From an uncultured Saprospiraceae bacterium (GTDB lineage: Bacteria; Bacteroidota; Bacteroidia; Chitinophagales; Saprospiraceae), in contig CAZMMQ010000007.1 in assembly GCA_964567435.1 (NCBI GenBank), forward strand, positions 31,931 to 95,930: a stretch of 64,000 bases of DNA, in the 5' to 3' direction. Shown piece by piece: positions 27,851 through 37,100 of this stretch. Every line of letters begins with the position of its first letter. Position 1 is the stretch's first letter. The notes below the pieces were generated by a model. That model worked only from the letters and a program-made list of their open reading frames with translations, ran no database searches and was not told where the DNA came from. A program made the translations under genes and the position numbers.

Positions 27851-30800
27851 CTATCTAAGTAAGGTTATATGTCCACTATTCACGTCTTCCAAACCATCAA
27901 CTTGCAATAATTTTGCCATATATACATAAACACCTTGCTCAGCGGGCTTATTTCCAAAACGGCCATCCCATAGAAGTATCTCATTGTTATCCACAGGCCC
28001 ATCAGATTGGGTTACAAGATTGCCCCATCGATCATATAGATAGAAGGAAAACGCGGTATATTTATTAGAATCTATTCCCATTACCAACTGATTATCAGGT
28101 GCTGGAAGTGTGGGTTGGAAAATCGTTGGTATATAAATGGAATTATTCTCCGATGCAGTAGGCGGAGACATATCATCGATAATCATAATCAAAAGGCTAT
28201 CAATAGCCTGACAACCGTTGACATCAGTAATTTCTAGGATAAGTAAGGTATCCTGAGTTAATTGGATTGTAGGATCTAGACATTGGGTACATGACACTAA
28301 GTTAGGATCGGACCAGCTTAGTGTAAGCTCATCATCTAATCCAGAGAGGCTAATAGGAATCGGAAAGCTTTCTCCAGATTCAAGTGTCACATCAGGACCC
28401 AGATTTAAAGAAGGTGGTAAGGCATCATTCTCCAGTTGCAGCATAGTATCCAATCTGCATCCATTGCCATCTATAAGAGTCACATCATATAATCCATTGG
28501 CCAGCAAATAGTCTGAAGACAAGCCTAAATCCTCATTATTAAAGAGAATCTGAGACAAATCAGAGAAAGGGCCTGTCAACTTAATGGCTGTGCTATCCAG
28601 CGACAAGCAACTGCCTGGCTGTGTGGATATATCTATTTGCTGTATGATACTTTGCTCAGATTCCAAGAGGGCTATAAAAGTCCGAGTGCCCGAACATCCA
28701 TTTCTGTCAGTCAGCATAAAGGTGTAGGTGCCTTGCTCAGTTATCCTAAGATTGGGATCTTGGGAAATAATCTGACCCATACTATCTCTCCAAGCGATCG
28801 TATTGGTTGGATCCAATATATTGGGGTCATCATTGGTTATCAATAGCGACCCAGGTCCGCAAGGAATAAGGACATTCTCTTCTGATTGGAATAATGGAAT
28901 ACCATCAGATGTAACAGATACAGGAATATCGAGCAAGTCACATCCTTGCCTCTCAAAGACTGATAAAAAATAGATACCTGTATCAGAGACCATAGGGTTA
29001 TCACCCGGTAAAACAAGGCCTTCTGGACTAACCCATGTTATAGAGTCTACACTACCTGTGATAGTCGCCTCGAGACTTATCGAGCTGCCACAAGGAATAA
29101 TTAAATCCGGGATATCTATCATAGGTTGGGTCACCTCACTAAAAACTTCTATTGAGGTAGAGGCCGTGCATAGATTAATATCAGTAACTGTCACGGTATA
29201 TACACCAGCAATCATGACAGATGGATTGGTGTTCCCATCTGGCAGCATCTCTGGTCCATCCCAGGAAAATGTTGGATCAGCAACATTGGTCGTCAAATCA
29301 ATGACAACCGGTGTGCCATTACACCCAAGTGTGTCAGCTACTGAGGCGGAAATATTAATTTCTTGAGTATTGTCTACAACTGTAATGGTATCTTCACGTA
29401 TACAACTACCTGCCATTATCTCGATCGTGTATAATCCTGGGTCAGACACATTGATCAGATTTCCAATCTGATCCACAACCGAACCAGGTGGTCCATTAAT
29501 ATCTGCAATAGAAAGAGAAATTGGTCCGACTGTCACATCAAAAGAATCTCTCAAACTAATATTCAGTGAATCTCCAAAACAAAGTGGTGGATCTTGTTCC
29601 AAGAACAGAAAAAAAGTGTCTACCGCATTCAAAACAATAGAATCCATATCGGAGCATCCTCTGTCATTTAGTTCTAAAAAATAAGTGCCTCCTGCATCCA
29701 CCGTTGCGACAGAGCCAAGCCCATTAGTGATATTACCATCATTGGTTGTCCACTCGAATTGCGTTTGCAGACTCGCAATGCTTTGGCTTCCATCTAAAAA
29801 TTGTCTTTGTCCGCAAACAACTGGGTTTCCATTATTTGATATAATTGCATCTAATCTAACCACTTCGATTTCTAATTGAATTAGTGTATCACACATCATG
29901 GCAGAAGATGGGAAGAAAGTTGTATCTATCGCTTCGGTAAATATATTATTGTCTATTATCAATGTATCTCCTTCACAGAGTGCCACCTCCATATCTTCTA
30001 TATGGATAGCATCTATATATCTGATAGCTAGGTTGTTATCAGATACATCAAGACAGAGACTCATATCTAATATAGCTTGCAAATCAGTCAACGTCGTAAT
30101 CGCATCCACTGTCGGCAAATTTTCATCTGTAGTTGTCACGACTTGGATATCAAGCGGACCTTCTGGTAAGGCTTGAATGGCTTCCCATGACTGAAGCACA
30201 CTAATAGTTCCTGTCCCATCATCTACAAGATATCTGACCTCAGTCCCCATTGTAGGCAACGTGCCAAAGACAGACATGGAGTCGAGCTGCGATAACTGGT
30301 CAGCACCTTCACAAAAAATAATCTGAGGTGTAGAAAAATTTCCAGCATCGACTAGACATTGGAAACAGCTAGCAATGCCTTCACAGAAAAATATTTCAAT
30401 AAATATCAGGACACCCGAATTAGTACCTTGATTGACAATATTTAGTCTCCAATCCCCATTTGCACTACCTATATTAAAATCTTCCAAGCACCCTGAATGG
30501 GGATGATAAGTGCCAGTATAATTGGTTAAAAATTCCCATCGTTGGTTATTATTCCAGATAGGTTCTATCCCAGGATCTGGAGATGTAGGCAAATCACATT
30601 CTACAAAATTGATATTCCAATTGACCCTCGGAGACAAGGCTCCATTGATTATACCTGGACCAATAAGTGGTACGACCTGACCTGATGGCGATATCAACTC
30701 AAATCTTAAATTCTCTTGCCGACCATGTTCCCATTCGATATTAATCGCACATATACCTTGATCACCAGCCAGATCATCTGGACTAAGCCCTGATACATTA

Positions 30801-30916
30801 ATTATAAGATCCATATCAGATTGCGGAGATATAGTTACAGGACTGGATAGGAAGCACTGCCCTATCATCGCTGAAGGAAGTATAAAGAATAATATGGCTA
30901 TGATCTTGTCCGTCAT
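27851..30916 (-). CDS. Secreted modular protein C (1021 aa): orphan proprotein-convertase P-domain-like N-terminus, Ig-like modules, T9SS type B CTD
   Basis: Signal peptide MTDKIIAILFFILPSAMIGQ. P-domain-like segment INIEWEHGRQENLRFELISPSGQVVPLI...GDWRLNIVNQGTNSGVLIFIEIFF. Cys-bounded Ig-like modules: VTVTDINLCTAS, FMLTDRNGCSG, VTLIDGNGCRLD, ILEITDVNGCQAID. CTD: IYIPTIFQP...LYDRWGNLV...WDGRFGNKPAEQGVYVYMA...GHITLLR. Confidence 0.85.
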   Translation of the reverse strand: MTDKIIAILFFILPSAMIGQCFLSSPVTISPQSDMDLIINVSGLSPDDLAGDQGICAINIEWEHGRQENLRFELISPSGQVVPLIGPGIINGALSPRVNWNINFVECDLPTSPDPGIEPIWNNNQRWEFLTNYTGTYHPHSGCLEDFNIGSANGDWRLNIVNQGTNSGVLIFIEIFFCEGIASCFQCLVDAGNFSTPQIIFCEGADQLSQLDSMSVFGTLPTMGTEVRYLVDDGTGTISVLQSWEAIQALPEGPLDIQVVTTTDENLPTVDAITTLTDLQAILDMSLCLDVSDNNLAIRYIDAIHIEDMEVALCEGDTLIIDNNIFTEAIDTTFFPSSAMMCDTLIQLEIEVVRLDAIISNNGNPVVCGQRQFLDGSQSIASLQTQFEWTTNDGNITNGLGSVATVDAGGTYFLELNDRGCSDMDSIVLNAVDTFFLFLEQDPPLCFGDSLNISLRDSFDVTVGPISLSIADINGPPGSVVDQIGNLINVSDPGLYTIEIMAGSCIREDTITVVDNTQEINISASVADTLGCNGTPVVIDLTTNVADPTFSWDGPEMLPDGNTNPSVMIAGVYTVTVTDINLCTASTSIEVFSEVTQPMIDIPDLIIPCGSSISLEATITGSVDSITWVSPEGLVLPGDNPMVSDTGIYFLSVFERQGCDLLDIPVSVTSDGIPLFQSEENVLIPCGPGSLLITNDDPNILDPTNTIAWRDSMGQIISQDPNLRITEQGTYTFMLTDRNGCSGTRTFIALLESEQSIIQQIDISTQPGSCLSLDSTAIKLTGPFSDLSQILFNNEDLGLSSDYLLANGLYDVTLIDGNGCRLDTMLQLENDALPPSLNLGPDVTLESGESFPIPISLSGLDDELTLSWSDPNLVSCTQCLDPTIQLTQDTLLILEITDVNGCQAIDSLLIMIIDDMSPPTASENNSIYIPTIFQPTLPAPDNQLVMGIDSNKYTAFSFYLYDRWGNLVTQSDGPVDNNEILLWDGRFGNKPAEQGVYVYMAKLLQVDGLEDVNSGHITLLR

Positions 30917-31045
30917 ATATAGATCGGCCTAATTGTCCAAAACAATAAAACGGCAATAAGGCTTGAGATGTTTCTCCATTAAGTAATTAGATTCTTCAGC
31001 TGATCTACTCAAGAATATGCAACTCAATCACTTTCATATACTTAA

Positions 31046-31089
31046 TAAAAATAAAAATTGGCAGCAACTCTGGTATTGAGCTGCTGCCA
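31046..31089 (-). terminator. Rho-independent terminator downstream of giant gene D
   Basis: Minus strand reads TGGCAGCAGCTC-AATACCA-GAGTTGCTGCCA, a 12-bp stem with one mismatch. It is followed directly by AATTTTTATTTTTATT. Confidence 0.65.
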
Positions 31090-31125
31090 TGTATCATTGG
31101 TTAACTTAAGGCAAGTTCAATTAAT

Positions 31126-34100
31126 CTATCTTAAAAGAGTAATGTCACCTGCAAAGATGTCAGTCTCTGGCATACCATCAAAGGCGCTATATCTTACTTT
31201 GATAAAATAGACATATACGCCTTGATTGAGCAAGCCACCTGTATTACCCCATCTACCGTTCCAGCCTACAGAAGGATCATTTGGTAGGACTTCCGTCGGA
31301 ATAGAGTAGACAAGTTGACCCCATCTATCGTAGATACGCATTTCTTCTACCGCTTCCACAAATCTGTCGGTTTGTACAAAGAATGTTTGATCGGCTGTAT
31401 TATCTGCACTTGTACTGAATACTGTCGGTATAAAAACATCTCTGACTAATTGTTCTCTTAGTATAACACAGTCTGTTGCTTCACAACCATCAGCATTGAC
31501 TATAGTGACACAATATTCATTAAAAATTTCAGGATCTACTTCTATTTGACCACAGAGAGAAAGTGGGCCTGAACAAAGTTCTTCTCCAGAATCAGCATCT
31601 ACCCAAGTTACAGATACTATCGTCGCTGGATCTATGTTTGCAGATATTGCTGCATTGAGGATATAAAGTGAATCTCCTAGTTCTACTTCTCTGTCTTCTC
31701 CAGAATCTACATCCAGCACTTCTGGTTCTGGTATCACAAAATCAAGCATGATCTCACACCCATTATCATCTGTAACAACAATTGTGTGAGGACCTGTAGG
31801 CAGATTTCCAAACATATCAGACTCTTGAAATTCTCCTCCATCCAAGGAGAATAAAACAACACCTGCACCATTAGTTGTGGTCACGACTGCTTGACCAAAA
31901 TCACTAGGACAGTTTGGTTCTGAGATATCTACTCCAGCAGTCAATCCTCCATCGGAAGTCACTACAACCATATCCTGAGCAGTACACCCATCTATATCAG
32001 TGACGACAAGTGTATATGTTCCTGCTTGACTGACCATAATCACAGGTTGGTCATCTACAGTCAGAGATCCCCCATCAGTTGCTGTCCATTGGTAGTTAAA
32101 GTCTCCACCCACTGAGGTACCTGATCCTCCTAATTCTACACTTGCATTGCATGTAATGACACCACCATCTCCCGCATCTGCTACTGGATTAAACAGCAGA
32201 TTGACTGTTACAACTTCTTCATCTGCAGGGCATGACCCCGCTTCAGGAGCCGTATACATAAATTCGTAGACACCACTTCTTTGACCTAATGTATTAAAGG
32301 TTCCAGCTATATCATCAAAACCTGTTTGGTTAGGGTTTGTACTCGCCTCTGTCCATACACCACCTAGAGATGCACCACTCAACTGTCCAAATAAATCAAC
32401 TACAACTTCTTCTCCAGAACACAATTCTACCGGCGTCGCTGTACCTGCAGACTGAGGTATAGATATCTCTACCGAAACCATCCCAAGATCACATAACGGA
32501 TCGAACACACCAGAAGGCGTAAATAAGAGGTCGATGATGCCATCTAAATCTCCAGTTTCCAATATCTCATTTTGTAAGTCTATGCTTGTACCTCCCTGCG
32601 ATGCAGTCCAAGTACCATCTGATGTCAGCCCACCTTCTAGTGTTGTCAAATCCAATGATTCTCCTTGACAAAGAGGGTCTGGAGATGCTATATCCACATT
32701 TGGACAACTACAATCTCTCACTACGATTGTAGATCTTTCGATAACCGGATCACATAAGCCATTATCATCTTCAGCAGTGAATGTAAAGCTGTACGAAGTG
32801 TTGAGAGGGAGGCCATCAAAACATATATTGGTTATATCACTATCATCACCTCCATCGGCTAGGTAAAAAGGATCTACTGTCCATGTTCCTGTTCCTCCAG
32901 AAATGGTTACAAAATCGTTCAAATTGATACAATGCGAACCATCGTTCTGAACGACGTTACATGGACTAATGAGGGCTTCCACTGATACGTCAACTGCTTG
33001 AATAACGTTAATGACTATATTAAGATTTCGCACTGTACAACCCATTGGCACATTATCCAATCTATACTGATACTCATATGGCCCTGTCACATAATTGGTG
33101 AGGTTAACCATTGATCCATTAAGATTAGGCGGAGACGAACCAGATACGATGAACCACTCTCCATCAGGAAGGCTACCAATATTTGTGATAAATTGGTCTA
33201 AGTCGATATTGCCATCTGTGTTGCAGAAGTCATCGGGAGTTGTAAACAAGAACATTGGGCATCCGCAGGCTCTGACATCTATCGCCAACGGTATGTCTAC
33301 CTGTTCGCATGGTGTTAAGGCATTATCCGTAGTAAATACAACTTCGTAAACATCTGGTGGTACGCCAGTAAAGTCTATAACATTCTCGTTGTCATCAAAG
33401 ACTCCAGGAAATGATGCACTTACAGACCAATCACCAGATCCGCTCGCCAACAAAGTATCAAGATCTACCATAAATGGAAGGTTATCCATTTCTTCTGCAT
33501 TACAGACACTAATCGATGCTGTTGTCAAACTTACCTCTGGCTCATCGTTAATGGTTATGTCCTGTGAGACTGTATTTATCAAATCACATCCTGTAATTGG
33601 CGTAATCAGTGAATAGCTTACGGTATATGTACCTGGAGGCAGGCCATCTGATTCAAATCGATCTCCAATAAGTGAACTAGTAGGTACTGGCATACCACTA
33701 GGATCATTAACTGACCATTGGCCCTGTTCTCCTCCAGGATTAACTAGAAATCCATTCAAATTAATAGTCGTTCCTGTAATACAAAGATCATCTAAAGGCA
33801 TAATAGATATATCCGGACAGTTACAATCTATTACACGTATTGTCGTCATTAATTGTAATGGCATGCAAAGAGAACCAGCTTCCACGTCTAACGTATACTC
33901 ATATATGTAATCTCCTAAATCAATACCAGCAAAATCAACCATGGTGCCATTGACAGCAGGTCCTGCTCCACTATGAGACCAGGTTCCAGAATTATCTCCA
34001 GCAGTAATTAGTGTATTCAAGTCTAATCCGGTAGGCTCACCAGTTGCATTCGAATTACATCGACTAACAGAATTTTGATCCAATTCTGCAAATGGTTGTC

Positions 34101-37100
34101 GGAAAACCTCAAAAGTAACCGGCATTGATTGCGAAGCACAAGGTGAAGGCGGTGCTGTATCTAAGATATATATCAAAGTAAAAAGGCCTTCTCCTGTAGA
34201 TGCTGTAACTAAAATCTCATCATCAGAAAAATCTATTTCTCCTGCTCTATCTATTATCCATCGACCTGGTTCTGTTGTAAATTGAATTTGAGTCAAGTCA
34301 AAAGCCATATTATTATCTGATGCACAATAATCCGATATGCTACCTACGGCCACACTAGGGCAACCGCAGTTATTGACAATGAGTTGAAATGGAACTGTTT
34401 CGTTAGGACACGGATCTGTAGCATTTGTTGTGACAAATGAAAAATCATAGGTCCCAGCAGGTAGTCCAACGACGGAAAAGTCATTAGAATTCGCACTGAT
34501 ATTATTGTCGTTATTATCTCTCCAGAATCCTTGGATACCAGAATCCACCAGAGCATCAAGATTAATACTCGTAGGGTCAGTTCCTCCACTATCATTGCAG
34601 AGTGTTGCTGATACATCGGTTAAGACATTAGGCAATCTGCTAATTTCTACAACTTCTACAGTGGTAGCACCAGTACATCCTGAAATATCTGTGACCGTAA
34701 GGGAATAAATTCCTGGCACAGAAACATCTATAGTCTGACCTCCACCTGATATCTGCATGTCATTAGGATCTCTCCACAAATACATATCAAAGGCACCAGC
34801 ACTTATGGTAGTCATATCACCTTCGCAGAAACTAGGTGCAGTAGCCACTGGTGTTAATTCTGAGGCAGGTGACACTTCAAAGTTCGCAGAATTCATACAA
34901 TTATTTGCGTCCGTCACATTGACTGTATAAGTAGTCGGTGTTGTTGGTGATACTGTAATGCTTTGAGACATTGAGCCATCCGACCAATCAAAATCAAATG
35001 GGCTCATTCCTCCTGTGATATTGGCTATAAGATCAGTAGTCCCACCATTGCAGACAGTACTTGATCCTGATACATCTACCTCAGGGATAGAATTGACCAC
35101 AACCTCATGTGATTCAATTACCTCACAACCATTAAAGTCAGTACCTACAAAGGTGTATGTCGTACTAGAAGAGGGTGTATCTGTAATAATTGCAGACGTA
35201 AAAGTCATGGTACCAGCAGTCCACACAAAACTCGTAAATGCTGTTGGATTATTGAGTGTCAAAGTAACTGTCTGGCCAGCACATAAACTTGGTGGAGATA
35301 CGAACACATCTGGTGTAGGCTGAGGAGGAAGAATTAGAGGGACGGAAGACATACAGCCTCCTACAGAAGCGCCTCTTAATTCGAATAAACCACTGAAGTC
35401 TGAGACAGTGACACCAAGAGAATCTGTTTGGAGCGGCCCGATTAAGGTATCTATGATATTCGGATTAACTGTTGTGTCTATCTGTACGATATGCATGTTT
35501 GTCGCCATGACATTCGCATTTGTATTTTGTCCAATAAGGGAAATCTCATTGCCATTACATTGACCAGAAGTCAAAGTAAGTGCTGGGCCATTATCTACTA
35601 AAATTTGAAATGTAGTATCATACACACATGACAATTCATCAGTGACAATCACAGACATGTTATAGGCACCAGGCGTAGACAACTCATCCATAACGACGAT
35701 GCAAGTATCTCCATCCTGTACGTCAAAATCCAATCCTACAGGAGGATCTACTATCCATTCGTAGTCCAATTGGAAAACTGGTGTCTCATGTCGGACGCAA
35801 TATTCCGGATTGTCAGGTCCATCTCCTATGCATACACTAGGTGGTCCTGCAATATCTAAATTAAGCTGTTGCGAGGTTTCATATCGAAAATCCAGATCTA
35901 AGGTACATCCATTATCATCGGTTACAATAACTGATACCCTCTGCTCTCCTGGTGGTAAAAATTGTTCGTGAGGTAAATTAATACACTCAGTTGTCGCTCC
36001 AGTGTCCCACTGATAAGTGTATGGTGGTGTACCACACATATTCTCTGTACCTAATTTTAAATTTTCGCCAGGGCAAAATAATTCGCCAATATCTTGATTA
36101 AAATTAATTTCTAATTCTGGAAAGACAGTAACCACTACTTCAATCGAAGGGCCTCTACAACCGGTTTCAGCGTCCAACGCATAAATTTCATAGATGGCGT
36201 CTTGAATGGAACATGAGGTATTTTCAAGGTCGTCTTCTATAAACCCAAAATCTCCTATACTTCCTTCAGTCATTCCATCTATTTCCGTACTACTATCTTC
36301 TGATATGCTGACCATTATCTCTGCATCACGACCATCGCATATTTCTAACGGTATACTCAGCATATCTCCTGAGCATATCTGTAACTCTACTTCATCACAG
36401 ACCTCAGGTAAGCCATCACATGCTACTTCATAATTTTCTATGGCCGGTGCATCTTCACTACAGGCATTATTGACCCAACAACCTGTCATTCCATCTGCCA
36501 TTGTAAATATATGCACCTTCATATACTCAGGATCCATGCATTGATTTAAATCTATATCATCTCTAACCTGTAAGAAAAATGTAATTTCAAATGTCATAAC
36601 AGAACCACAGCCTTGCGGTATTCCCCACTGAGTATTTGGGTTACCTGTATTAGCACATCCAGCGCCACCATCTGAGATGGAATACCAACCTTGAGGAATA
36701 GCATTTCCTATTTGTAATGGTTGTCCACCATCAAAAACAAGTTCATTTCCTCCATGAGGACTAGGTTGTAAGCCTAACCGTGCACTATTGACTTGAGAGT
36801 CTACTTCTCCTTCAGCAAAATATTCCCAGCCTCCTGCTGGTGTTTGTGATTCAATACTGCAAGCATCCAAATCCCAACCTGGGCCAAGAGAAGGAATTAT
36901 CCCTTGCAACCACTGACAATTATTACCCATACCAAGCGGATCAGAAGTAAAGGATACAATATAGTCAAACTGAACTTTTTCTCCAGCACAGAAAGGCCCT
37001 TCAGGTGGGCCATCATTACTTGGTCTTGAAGACACAAGTGTTCCCACAGCACATTGTGCAGAAGCCACACTTGTGGACACGCAAAACTCAAAATTTCCAG

